A stretch of 64,000 bases of DNA from sequence record PV700625; one strand, given 5' to 3'. The position numbers were made by a program, and so were the translations under genes. The DNA is from Escherichia phage MET-P1-301. How positions within the stretch are numbered: the stretch's first letter is position 1; each line of letters opens with the position of its first letter. This document shows positions 8,015-18,109 of the stretch, piece by piece. The notes beneath the pieces were generated by a model. It was not told the DNA's origin. It worked only from the letters and a program-made list of their open reading frames with translations, and did no database searches.

Positions 8015-8800
8015 TTAGTTCTTTGCGTCTAAGAAGGTAACTTCCGGTGAAGAGAAAATTTCCTCAACATTCTCATCAGTTCTTGCATAGATATATGTGT
8101 CTGCATCACTGCCAAATGTTACTGCAATTCTGTGATTGCTCTTCGACAGGTGGGTAACTAGAGCGTTACTTAGAGACATCTTTTCAACCGGAGGGTTACT
8201 TTGATGTATCTTGCCTTTTCTTCGTCTGAAGAGGGTAACTGCATCATCAGTGAACGTTACTACACCTGCAAAGTATTCTGGTTCACAGTAGTTCTTCCAA
8301 CCTGAGCGTAACTTGTGGTACATCTCCCCTTCGTAGACATACAGATAGACATCTACATTCTTCATCACCTGATTAATGATAACGGTGACGGCTTGAGGGT
8401 CAAGTCCACCGATGCCTGCACCAATCATAGGTAAACCGACTTTCTTCAACTGATTAACTTCACAGTATCTGTTAAGCTGTTTCAAAGATGATTCTAAAGC
8501 ACTGTATCGGGCATCTTTACCAGTCTTAAGCTGAGTGTAAAGGTTAGCTATACGGCCTTGTTTTAAACGTGCTACAGAGAAATTACCTAGTAAGTTCTCA
8601 CAGGGCTTGTGGCCTATGCCACCTGCATACAGATAAACTTCTGTATCAGTCTCATATGCTTTTGGGTAAAGTTTAGAAATCTTGTCAGCGATACCTGCAC
8701 CCATTAAATTCATACAGTTGCAACCGTGACCAATGACGTCAAACTTACCTTTATCAAATGCGGCAAAGATATCACCATTGATGATTTTTACAATACCCAT
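8015..8800 (-). CDS. Macro-domain protein (TARG1/Poa1p-like ADP-ribose-processing domain) with an unassigned C-terminal extension
   Basis: N-terminal half carries GDIF...DVIGHGCNCMNLMGAGIA...LPMIGAGIGGLDP, matching the TARG1-type macrodomain pattern as I recall it. Confidence 0.6.
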   Translation of the reverse strand: MGIVKIINGDIFAAFDKGKFDVIGHGCNCMNLMGAGIADKISKLYPKAYETDTEVYLYAGGIGHKPCENLLGNFSVARLKQGRIANLYTQLKTGKDARYSALESSLKQLNRYCEVNQLKKVGLPMIGAGIGGLDPQAVTVIINQVMKNVDVYLYVYEGEMYHKLRSGWKNYCEPEYFAGVVTFTDDAVTLFRRRKGKIHQSNPPVEKMSLSNALVTHLSKSNHRIAVTFGSDADTYIYARTDENVEEIFSSPEVTFLDAKN

Positions 8801-9001
8801 TTAACATCTCTCCCAAGATTCTTTATCTTCTGAAGGTTTTACACGTTGTCCTTCATGGTCTACCCAGATACATCCACAACCTTCACAGATTACTGGCATT
8901 GCATAGCCAGCTTTAAAGTCATCTTCAGTGATAAGACCTTTTAAGTCACCTGTATCACGTCCGAACATTTCGATAGCACAGTCTTTGCAGAAGTCAGCCA
9001 T
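8801..9001 (-). CDS. hypothetical Cys-rich small protein (66 aa)
   Basis: CxxC...CEGCGC pattern suggests a zinc-binding fold. Confidence 0.4.
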   Translation of the reverse strand: MADFCKDCAIEMFGRDTGDLKGLITEDDFKAGYAMPVICEGCGCIWVDHEGQRVKPSEDKESWERC

Positions 9002-9227
9002 GAATAATTACCTCTTGAGTGATGATGCCTTTACCACAGCGACTTTTAAAGTCTCCTAATGGTTCAGAGAAGAAGTCACGGAAATGGTTACTGCACTCAC
9101 GTTTCATCACCTTCTTGTAAGTTAACACATCTTCTCCTGTAAACGGGACGACTTCATGTCTCCCTTTGAATACTGCTGAACTTACAATCTTACGTGTCTT
9201 TTTATCTCTGGCTAGTATTACTTTCAT
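8994..9227 (-). CDS. hypothetical protein (77 aa)
   Basis: ORF tightly packed in the operon. Confidence 0.4.
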   Translation of the reverse strand: MKVILARDKKTRKIVSSAVFKGRHEVVPFTGEDVLTYKKVMKRECSNHFRDFFSEPLGDFKSRCGKGIITQEVIIHG

Positions 9228-9242
9228 AGTTTACCTTCTCAG

Positions 9243-9527
9243 TTAGCTCATATAAATCAACATGCTCAATGCTATCAATGTTGATACCAATCTTTTGAAG
9301 CGTTCTATCACTTCGTTGTCAGTCATCCATATCAGACACCAATGATTGTGGATGGATTCTTCAAGGAGGTCAACACAATCTTTAAAAGTTTTTGTATCAC
9401 TTCTTGTTCCTACTACTGCGATTGTGCCATATAGCCACTTACCATTGCCATAAGATATTTGTGCTACACCAACTTCTTTATCTTTCTCGTAGTAAATGGC
9501 TACAAAGTCTCTTCCATTAATCTGCAT
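9243..9527 (-). CDS. hypothetical protein (94 aa)
   Basis: ORF in operon. Confidence 0.4.
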   Translation of the reverse strand: MQINGRDFVAIYYEKDKEVGVAQISYGNGKWLYGTIAVVGTRSDTKTFKDCVDLLEESIHNHWCLIWMTDNEVIERFKRLVSTLIALSMLIYMS

Positions 9528-9529
9528 AG

Positions 9530-9799
9530 TTACTTCCTCGTTTTGAGAACTGCTAAGATTTCTTTAGAGTCTGGTAAGAACCATGTGTAGTGATTCTCTT
9601 TGATTTCTGGATGAGTGTCAACCTTTATTTTGCACTCTTTACCAACGTGCTTAAGCTGTGCTGTGACACCTTGCATAAAGATATGACACATCACATTATC
9701 CATAATGGTTGGTAAGAAGTCAATTCGCATATAAGTTTCTTTTGGTCGTGGTAACAGTAAGTAACCTTCTACGTAAAAAGTATCTTCATTCTCTGTCAT
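9530..9799 (-). CDS. hypothetical protein (89 aa)
   Basis: ORF in operon. Confidence 0.4.
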   Translation of the reverse strand: MTENEDTFYVEGYLLLPRPKETYMRIDFLPTIMDNVMCHIFMQGVTAQLKHVGKECKIKVDTHPEIKENHYTWFLPDSKEILAVLKTRK

Positions 9800-10065
9800 T
9801 GCTGTTTGTTTCCTAATAAAATCATATCAATAAGGTTATTAGCTTTGATTGTGCACTGGTAGAATCCATCACGGTAAAACTCAAGGGCTGCTGCCACATC
9901 ACTACCGGTATTACCTTTGACAGTGAATCTTGACTCCTCTTGAGTGTACTTGTCACTCTCACTTACTTGGGAGTTTTTGAATGTACTGTTCACTTTGTTC
10001 GTTGAACACCCTGACATAATTATCAGTAACACAAACATTATAAAACTCTGGCTTAGTTTTTTCAT
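9796..10065 (-). CDS. o-spanin (Rz1-like outer-membrane lipoprotein), starts inside the i-spanin gene
   Basis: Signal peptide with lipobox (LLIIMSGC); start at 10065 lies within the Rz-like ORF in another frame. Confidence 0.55.
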   Translation of the reverse strand: MKKLSQSFIMFVLLIIMSGCSTNKVNSTFKNSQVSESDKYTQEESRFTVKGNTGSDVAAALEFYRDGFYQCTIKANNLIDMILLGNKQQ

Positions 10066-10306
10066 ATGTTAGTACCTCTTTTGTATGCTTATTCTTAGCA
10101 AGCACATCTTTCAAATCATTTTTGTAATTGGTGCTGAGTGTGGCTAAACCTTCCTGATAAGCATCTTTAGCAACACTTATTAGTTTCTCATTGCTTAACT
10201 CAGCTTCAGCAACTTGGTAGTCTCTGTAAGAGTATCCTCCCCAGACACCTGCCCCAACTAAGAAAACAATTATGAAAGTAGCTTGACAGAACTCTTTAAA
10301 TGTCAT
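9959..10306 (-). CDS. i-spanin (Rz-like)
   Basis: N-terminal transmembrane helix (FIIVFLVGAGVWGG) followed by a charged coiled-coil-like region; overlapped by the lipoprotein ORF. Confidence 0.55.
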   Translation of the reverse strand: MTFKEFCQATFIIVFLVGAGVWGGYSYRDYQVAEAELSNEKLISVAKDAYQEGLATLSTNYKNDLKDVLAKNKHTKEVLTYEKTKPEFYNVCVTDNYVRVFNEQSEQYIQKLPSK

Positions 10307-10320
10307 TTAACAATCTCCTG

Positions 10321-10347
10321 AAATGAAAAAGGCTCCCGAAGGAGCCT
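10321..10347 (-). terminator. Intrinsic terminator (UUCG-tetraloop hairpin plus U-run on the minus strand)
   Basis: AGGCTCCcgaaGGAGCCT; minus-strand reading gives hairpin then TTTTTCATTT. Confidence 0.6.
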
Positions 10348-10358
10348 GTATCTTAACC

Positions 10359-10838
10359 TTAACCGAGGACTTTAGCAAGGATATTTGCAGCCATCGAAGA
10401 AGCTTTTGCAGCAGCAACTACGCCAGCTTTGACAGTGCTATCCTTAATAGCAGATACCGTTGCAGCATCAGTAAAGAGATAAGTGATTGTTTTAGAACCA
10501 CTCGTAAAGGAAAGCATAAGAGTAGTTTCCAGATTGAAAGAGCGATACGGAGCACCTTCTTTAACGATACCTTCAGCACCTAACTCTGAAGCCTTACCCA
10601 TATCATAGATAGTCATCAGGTTTTCTTTGTGTGCAGTCGTTGAACCAGCACCTTTTACGTGCTTCTTAACGTTCAACAATGCACGATATTCACGAATACT
10701 GCCATCAGCTTTTACATTAACAGCACGGAAAATTTTACCTTCAAAGTTACCTTGAATCATTTTACGAACTACTTCAGATTTGTTTGCCGTATCGTCCAGT
10801 GCTACCGTAATGATATTGTTCATAAGTTTTTCTCTCAA
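10359..10838 (-). CDS. hypothetical protein (159 aa)
   Basis: ORF; no motif recognised. Confidence 0.45.
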   Translation of the reverse strand: MREKLMNNIITVALDDTANKSEVVRKMIQGNFEGKIFRAVNVKADGSIREYRALLNVKKHVKGAGSTTAHKENLMTIYDMGKASELGAEGIVKEGAPYRSFNLETTLMLSFTSGSKTITYLFTDAATVSAIKDSTVKAGVVAAAKASSMAANILAKVLG

Positions 10839-11530
10839 TGTTTAACTAACATGGTTTTAATGTGTGGAAGGATTCTGTTAACCTTGTGAACATTCTTCTC
10901 TGTATCTTCTATAAAGCATACTATATTAAAATAAGGAAGAATGCAAGACTGAATCATCCTCACTTTTAAACTTTCTGCACTTATAGAGTTAGTTCCAAAA
11001 CCACGCATAAAAAGCATGTAATCATGTTCTATGTTATGCCTTAAAAACATCTCAGTAGGTATTCTCTGAGATTCACCTCTCGCTGTCAAGAGTCCAATGG
11101 CAGCATGATTAGCAATTGCATCAATAATACTAAAAACATATGTTGGTTTTGCTCTTACAGAGTCAAGAAGATTAGTGTACTGTGAGAATGACCCATCAGT
11201 CAATTCCGTTGAGCAATCTTCGTGATTAAAATTTGTAAGAACACCATCAATATCTGCTAAGATGAGGTTACCTTTTTCTACAAGGTCTTTATTGACTATA
11301 ACTAAACTATCACGCCTTACACCTATAGCTTGTCCAGTCTCTTTGTCCACGACGTTCACAATTGGTTCTGATGTGTGAAACTCTTCAAGTGAACATACAA
11401 CTTCTCTTGCAGTGTCTTCAAAATCCCTGCACTGTTCTGGAGTCCATACACAGGAATCAAGACCTAACTCATGAGGATGCAAGTCATAAGCGTGGCACAG
11501 GACTTCATCAGACTTTCTTAATTTTTTCAT
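10835..11530 (-). CDS. HAD-superfamily phosphatase / nucleotidase-like protein
   Basis: HAD motif I LILADIDGVL in the C-terminal half. Confidence 0.45.
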   Translation of the reverse strand: MKKLRKSDEVLCHAYDLHPHELGLDSCVWTPEQCRDFEDTAREVVCSLEEFHTSEPIVNVVDKETGQAIGVRRDSLVIVNKDLVEKGNLILADIDGVLTNFNHEDCSTELTDGSFSQYTNLLDSVRAKPTYVFSIIDAIANHAAIGLLTARGESQRIPTEMFLRHNIEHDYMLFMRGFGTNSISAESLKVRMIQSCILPYFNIVCFIEDTEKNVHKVNRILPHIKTMLVKH

Positions 11531-12055
11531 GATTTACCTTAGAAATGTTTGTTGCAAATTCACATTGAGCGATAACTTTCATATTGTTATAGACATCTTG
11601 AGAGTATTTCTTAGCTTTAGGAATTTTGTACGAATACCCAGCATTATATGATGCTAAAACTTTTGTAAAGTCTTCTTTGACTTTGGCTGACCATGCACCT
11701 TTGTCCAAAACTCAAGCTCTTTATGTGTCTCTTTTGCTGCATAGTCAAAATCTTTTAAGAGTTTCTTTTTAGCCACATTAGGACTAATTTTGTTACGCTT
11801 TACAACAGTCTTCAAGTGATTCTGGAAAATACCATAGTCGTGGGTCTTTTTATTCTCTACCTTCAGACCTAACTCTGACTCTTGTAAGGCTATAGCTACT
11901 AGAGTAATACCCCAGCCTTTCCCCATATTATTCTCACCATACTGGTAAGCTTTTAACATGTTAACTTTTTGGCTAATTGATAGCTCTGGGCAGTCAACTG
12001 CATAAGATAAGTGTGCTGTAAACATTAAGCACAAGCCTAGAATCAATTTCTTCAT
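11508..12055 (-). CDS. Lytic transglycosylase (SLT domain) with signal peptide, candidate endolysin; apparent frameshift near 11700
   Basis: Signal peptide MKKLILGLCLMFTAHLSYA; SLT motifs ALQESELG, GIFQ and, in the overlapping 66-aa ORF, AYNAG. Confidence 0.55.
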
Positions 12056-12118
12056 TGGTTCTCCTGTTTAGTTCATCGTGACAACAATTATACAGCACTC
12101 TGCACAAAATACAAATAA

Positions 12119-12146
12119 AAAGGCCGCCGAAGCAGCCTTTTAAGAA
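12119..12146 (-). terminator. Possible weak terminator hairpin after rIIB
   Basis: Imperfect GC hairpin AGGCCGCCgaaGCAGCCT flanked by A/T runs. Confidence 0.3.
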
Positions 12147-12154
12147 ATTACTTA

Positions 12155-13264
12155 TTAGATTTCACGTTTACGTTGAGAGATAAGTTCACCAGCAGTGCCA
12201 ACGATGACATGCAAAGCTTCAGTCTTACCATCCCATACTTTCAGCACTTTACGTTGATTATCAACGATTGCTGCAACTTCATAACGAGAGGAACGCATCT
12301 TCATATCGTTGTAATCAGTTGGAACAGATACAACATCTCGTGGATGGACACGAACCTTCAGGATGGTATCACCTGAGAAGCAACGAACATAATCCCAAGC
12401 ACCAACATGAAGACCTTGAGAGCAAGTTACGTTACGGTTGTTATCAACCATCCAACGTGGCATCTCTACAATGTTACCTAAATCATTAGGTACTTTGTAG
12501 GTGTGAGAGTCAACCAGCTTGCCTTCACGAGTAGAGACTTTCTTCCAACCAATGATGTAGCCTTCTTCATCAATTTCAACATCAAGGTGAGATACAAATC
12601 CCCAAAGTTGTTCTACAGAATCTTTAGATGGGTTTTCCATCAGTTTTTCGAAGAACATTACAAGTCGTTCAAAACCTTTATCACCAGTTTTCATCATGTG
12701 AAGAATACGGTCAACCAGAGTAGAACGCATCTCAACAGCACCGTAGAAGAGCTTGTCACCTTTGATTGTGATAGCACCCTGAGTGAAGTTTTCGATAGAC
12801 TTACGAATGTTCATCAGTTCAAATGCTTTCTTGAACTCACCTTTCACAACATGAACTACAATTTCTTGATAGTTCGGATGAGTAGACTCAACAATTTCAG
12901 ATTCTGAACCGTAAGTCATAATTACAGAGTCGCCAGTAATCATGTACTCAATCTTGTCATCTTTCTGCATAGCTTCGTGCAGTTTATTTACTGGAGCTTT
13001 CTGTACAGCGTCTTTAACTACCTTTTCAACTGGTTTGTCAGCTTTCTTCTTAAAGGTCTTAGCAACTTGCTTCAAAGTCTTCGTAGCTGGTGTAGAAGCA
13101 ACCTTTTTCTTACCTTTTAAGGTTGCTTCATGACGCTCTACAGCACGACCAACTGAACGGGTTGAAGTATTAAATTTCTGTGCAATAGCTGTTTTAGTCA
13201 GCTTACCTTCTTTAACCAGTTTGTAAATTTCTGCGTCAATCTGTGCTTTAGTTTTAGTAGTCAT
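12155..13264 (-). CDS. rIIB: rIIB-like protein
   Basis: C-terminal two-thirds matches recalled T4 rIIB blocks (LFYGAVEMRSTLVDRIL, ENPSKDSVEQLWGF, TCSQGLHV, KVRVHPRDVVSVPTDYNDMKMR); sits directly downstream of the rIIA-like gene. Confidence 0.8.
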   Translation of the reverse strand: MTTKTKAQIDAEIYKLVKEGKLTKTAIAQKFNTSTRSVGRAVERHEATLKGKKKVASTPATKTLKQVAKTFKKKADKPVEKVVKDAVQKAPVNKLHEAMQKDDKIEYMITGDSVIMTYGSESEIVESTHPNYQEIVVHVVKGEFKKAFELMNIRKSIENFTQGAITIKGDKLFYGAVEMRSTLVDRILHMMKTGDKGFERLVMFFEKLMENPSKDSVEQLWGFVSHLDVEIDEEGYIIGWKKVSTREGKLVDSHTYKVPNDLGNIVEMPRWMVDNNRNVTCSQGLHVGAWDYVRCFSGDTILKVRVHPRDVVSVPTDYNDMKMRSSRYEVAAIVDNQRKVLKVWDGKTEALHVIVGTAGELISQRKREI

Positions 13265-13343
13265 CTTATTACTCTCTCTTGTTAGTTAATAAATCATTTT
13301 GTAAGGCTATTCTAAGGGGCTTTGAAGCCCCTTGTCAAACACT

Positions 13344-15709
13344 TTAATCGTAAACTGTAGTTCCTTCTGGAACACACTTCACATCAAAGCCTAAGAACTT
13401 ACTCACTTCGATGGGTGACACTTTATTCCAATCTAAATGAGAAAGCAAGAAGTTTTCTTGTTTTCTTTTTGAAAGGTAGTTTGTCACCTTAATAACCATA
13501 CGGTCACCAGCTTTCTTAATTTTCTTGTAAAGCTTTGTATCGTTGTCAAGACAGTCTTTCAAAGTTTTCAATACACTAATAGTATAAGTGTATGCAAATG
13601 GTGCAGCAACGTATTGGATTTTACCGAACATTGCCTCTACAGCCTCTTCATTACCTTCTAGGAAGATAGTTTTGTTTGTATCCCGTGAATAGCAATAACC
13701 ACGAGAAATCTTCCTATTATTGAATGTAAAGTTTCTGGCAATAATCCAGCTACTTGTAAGGTCAAGAACACCATTCATATAGATGCGTGTCATATACCTG
13801 TTATGATTAATCCAATGAACATCAGTTAAGCTGTCGTTCAAGAGCTTCTCATCTACTTCAATCCAGTCTTCTGGTATCTTTTTCCAATTTGCTTTTCGGA
13901 AAACATAGACTGTCTTTCCAATAACATTAGCAACTGACTTAGCTACATCTTCTGGGGATGAGCAAAAACATTCACCATCAACTGTGTCACCAATTGCCTT
14001 AATGTAAAGCTGAGGTTCTTCAATTGTGTCTAAGTCCTCTGACACCTCTTTGTAGGAGGCTACACCTTCTGCTGGAACAGCTTTCCAGAGTTTTACAACA
14101 CCTCTTACAGCTTCTTTACGCTGGTAATGGTGTTCCTTATCAGACATTTTCACAATCTTTAACAAGCTTTTATCAAGTTTGTGCAGATTGATTAAGTCAT
14201 CTAACTCTTTTTCAGTCGAGAATACAAAGACAATACCATTGTATCTGTGAAACAGACTTGACTCACTGGCATAGTCTCGACATGCACCACGCAAGATTTG
14301 GTTGCGTCCTACAGTCTTCTCAGTACCATTTTTATTGCGACGGTCATTTATAACAAACAAAAACTGTTCAATTTGGCTTTTACGCATTGCGCCAAAGATA
14401 TTGAACATACTTGCCTCTTGAGTGTAGGAAAGTGCTGTTGCACGAATCTTACTCTCTAAAGAGTTGAACTTGACATAAGCAACTGGGTCATAAAGATAAT
14501 CTACTTTAGGGATGTTGTTTCCGTTCCTATCAACCTTAATATTACCTTTACCGTCACGTTCATAAATGACTGAGCCGTCTTCTGCGTAGATAATTCCACG
14601 ACGAATGTTTAGTAATTCTTCTTCCAGAGAATCAAGCTTAACGCCTCCCCACTCTAACTTTGGACACACAGCATTAAACATCTCTCGTGAGTTCAAACGT
14701 AACTCAGCATAAGCCTGTGCAGCATCCATGAGTGTAGGTTGACTGTTAACTTTCTTGATAACATCCTTTGTAATTGCTTCAGTTATCTTTTAGTAGCCTC
14801 AATGATAACATTTTTTGTCGTGTCATTCATCTGCAATGCTTCACGAGAAGCTGCAATAGCGACTGAACCAATAGGCATGTAGATGTTTACAAGGTCTACG
14901 CTCCTACGGAAAAATTCTGGCAATACTTTGAAGAAATCATCACCAAGTAATGCTTCCATGTTAACAGGGTAGGCAATGTTACCCATCACCACATTAAACT
15001 CTGTCCTGTTACCACTAGAACGCCAGCTTTGCTTATGAATCATGGCATCATAAACACCCTCTTCACGGGCAATGACGTTCATATCTGCTAATACATCGTC
15101 GTACACAATATTACTTTCTGGTTTTACAGCAAAGTATGAGTATACATTACCAGCTTCTTCAAAGAACTTTGAGATACGGTGGTCAGCAACTGCCACACGT
15201 ACAGCTAAACCATTAGGTTCTTTTGTTGGGTTAGTGGTCAGCTTAGTTACTTGAGGAATACCATTCTCAAGATAAACAGAGTACTTATTAACAACACCAT
15301 CAACATAGCTAGATACTGTGAATGACTGAGCAATTGCAAATGGTGACTTTGAGCCGATACCCATTGCACCAATGTAATCATTGGAGTCATTCTTCGTAGA
15401 AGCTCCGTAGTTCAGATACAAACTCATTACTTTGTCATGGGTTAAACCAGTTCCAAAGTCACGGACTTCAAAGTAAGGCTCAAAACGAGTAGGTAAATGC
15501 ACATGGAACGGGATGTTCTCTTTTCCAGCTTCTTTCTGAGCATCTACTGCGTTACATGACAGTTCACGAATCACTGCCCTTTCTTTAAAGGTATATACAC
15601 CAGAACTCAAAAGGCTGAACATCTCAGGTGTCATTGTAATCTGTGCTTGAGACGTCTCTAAAGAAGTTGAACTCTTAATCACTTCTGCGTGGTCATTTAC
15701 CATGCGCAT
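13344..15709 (-). CDS. rIIA: rIIA-like protein (N-terminal GHKL ATPase fold), two ORFs probably joined by a frameshift near 14730-14785
   Basis: 14783-15709 has GHKL-type motifs (RELSCNAVDA, RDFGTGL, YIGAMGIGSKSPF, AIAASREAL) recalled from T4 rIIA; 13344-14729 continues; combined ~780 aa; rIIA-rIIB synteny. Confidence 0.7.
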
Positions 15710-15737
15710 AATACTTTCCTCTTAGTTTACTGTTAAA

Positions 15738-15914
15738 TTACTTATTAAACATTTTACCAGAACCACCACACATAGGGCAACAACCTGCTCTTGTATACCC
15801 TTCTCCGTTACAGTAGTCACACTTCTTGTGTTCTGCAAAGTACTTACAAAGAAGGTAAACAAGGACTGCTACACTACCAAGTGACAGTAAAATTTCTACC
15901 CAATATGCTTGCAT
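15738..15914 (-). CDS. small membrane protein with C-terminal zinc-finger-like repeat (58 aa)
   Basis: Hand-translated: MQAYWVEILLSLGSVAVLVYLLCKYF...CDYCNGEG...CPMCGGSG. Confidence 0.4.
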   Translation of the reverse strand: MQAYWVEILLSLGSVAVLVYLLCKYFAEHKKCDYCNGEGYTRAGCCPMCGGSGKMFNK

Positions 15915-15924
15915 GACTCACCTC

Positions 15925-16230
15925 TCATGTTTTTGTAAAGGATAAAGCTTCTGTCATGGACGATACTTGTAGATACTGCAAAGTTACTTTCAAGCATCTG
16001 TTTGTTTGGATTGTAGAAGCTTTCTTTAAACTCGTCAAGTGCAAATTGGTGATTGTCTGGAAGACCTTTACACACACCTTTATTGTGATTGCTGCTGCAA
16101 TCTTCCCAGTCAGTTCTTCTTTAGCTGCTACTAAGATTTTGTTGAGGAACTTATGACCATTTTCAGGCTTCTTGATGTTCTCCCAACGCTCTTCTAAGAC
16201 AATGTTGATGTTCATCTCTTTGATTTTCAT
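15925..16230 (-). CDS. hypothetical protein, possibly frameshifted
   Basis: ORF between nadV and the zinc-finger ORF. Confidence 0.35.
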   Translation of the reverse strand: MKIKEMNINIVLEERWENIKKPENGHKFLNKILVAAKEELTGKIAAAITIKVCVKVFQTITNLHLTSLKKASTIQTNRCLKVTLQYLQVSSMTEALSFTKT

Positions 16231-16244
16231 AATTTTCTCCAGAA

Positions 16245-16269
16245 ATTAAAAAGGCTCCCGTAGGAGCCT
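16245..16269 (-). terminator. Intrinsic terminator downstream of nadV
   Basis: AGGCTCCcgtaGGAGCCT followed on the minus strand by TTTTTAATTT. Confidence 0.6.
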
Positions 16270-16283
16270 ATTATCATATACTT

Positions 16284-18064
16284 TTAAAGCTGCTTGTCAA
16301 TATTATTTCGAATATCGCCAAGAGTTGTGTAGCCGAACTGCTCAGAGTCGCTAAAGACTAAACGTAAAGCACAAGCTGGATGCTCAAGTGCATCTGCAAA
16401 ACTCTGGAATCCATAGCCATCTACAGCTTTCAGATTCTCACCATCCCACATAGGGGCTACACCACCAAAAGCGGACTTCTTAATACCACTATCTGTTTTA
16501 GGGTCTTTTGCAAGCATAATCTCTTTACCACCAATGCTTGCAAGAGTTGCTTTGACAGCAAATGCAAAGGTGTCACGAGTCATGTACTGGTAAGTGTAAG
16601 AACCTACACCAAACACTACGTTAGAGCTTGCAAAACCCATTTCATACAAACGCTTCAGGATTTCGTTTGCACGTTCCAACGTGATAGAGTCACCATAGAT
16701 AAGGCCAATGTGCTCATCCAGTACCTTAAACCCTTTAGAGTTGATAGTTCCTCCAAAGATGTTATACAGGGTCTTAATGGCCCCATCAATCTCTGCTACA
16801 GGACGTGTTACAACGTTTGCAGAACCAACCATATAAGCATTTTTCAACATCACTGTATCAGCAACTTCAAAGTCTTCTCTGTCAACAACCATTTCGTAGC
16901 CTTCTGACAGTAGCCATCCAGCAATACCATAGTTGATGTTTTCAAGCTTCATGTTCAGAACAGCATTCAACATTGTGTCACTGGCTTCCAGCTTGCTTAG
17001 GTGCTCGTAATAAGCCTTCTTAGCACATTCTAAGTGGATTGCTTTATAACCTGTGACAATATGTACAGGGTCTCCAGAGTCAGGACGAATTACCAGTTTG
17101 CCATCACGTTCCATAATTTCTTTACGAAGTGCTGGTAAAATTTCTGACACAGTTCTCCAGAAGTTATAAGTGTCTGAAACAACACTTGCAATGCCAGTTG
17201 GGTAAGTTTCTGTTAAGAAACGACGGAAGGTTTGTAACTCACCTTTAAAGCGTCTTTCTTCTTCAATCAACTCATTACCACCTTCCCAAGCAATGTTTGC
17301 ACACATTACAGAGTGCTCAGTGGCTGGTACAGAACTACCAATATCAGAAATTGGGTAAGACTGTCCATAGATTCGTTTAGCCGTATACACAGCAGGAAAG
17401 CTATCAGTTCCTTTAAAGCTTGTTAAGTGACCTACAGCATTAAATGCGTCATCGGTAAAGCCGGACATACCACGCATAGCAAAGTCATGGCACTGATAAG
17501 GTAAATGTAATTCATTGTCGCAAGTAAGGTCAGCCCACTTCTTACAGATACGTTTGTAGTGCAATGCAATAGTCGCAATAGTGCAAGCCTTCCAAATCTC
17601 AGCAGAGAAAGCATCTTCCAGATAACCTGCTACCCAATGGAATCCTGAAACAGTGTTCTGGAAGACAATCATTGGGACACGCATCGGAACAACTGTGCCT
17701 TCTTCTACAGCGTATACTTCGACTGGCAGATAACCTAAGTCGTGAAGTGCTTCCCAATGCTCTCGACCAATAGCATCTTTGCCCAGAACACCGTTCATGA
17801 CTTCTAAGATTTCGTCAATTGCTTCTTTTTATCACGTTCAAAGAAAGTGGCATTCCAGTGGTCTATCAAGTAATCTTTAACAAAACGTTGAATACCAAAA
17901 GCTACTACACCGTCAATTGCTAAGGGGCTGTTAAACCATTTATCACTACGTGGTGTCAGGTTGAACATCAAGTACTCTGTTGCGCTAGGATACTGGTAAA
18001 CATGACCAGATTTGTAAGCATCTGCATTTAAACCTGCTGGTACTGCATAAAGTGATTTAGTCAT
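16284..18064 (-). CDS. nadV: Nicotinamide phosphoribosyltransferase (NadV/NAMPT), interrupted by an apparent frameshift at 17798-17830
   Basis: ORFs 17804-18064 and 16284-17798 together read as a full-length NAMPT-like protein (~590 aa); the junction sits in an A5 run (gataaaaagaag). Confidence 0.8.
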
Positions 18065-18109
18065 CTTTTAATCTCTCTCAAAATGGGGCTTGGAAGCCCC
18101 TATAAAGTT

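Noticed and set aside
12173-13133. Plus-strand ORFs (12173-12376, 12268-12489, 12503-12907, 12942-13133) antisense to rIIB; similar shadow ORFs inside nadV, nrdA, nrdD, the polymerase, tail fibres and SSB
   Set aside because: They lie wholly within strong, motif-bearing genes on the other strand, lack SD sequences and have low-complexity composition.
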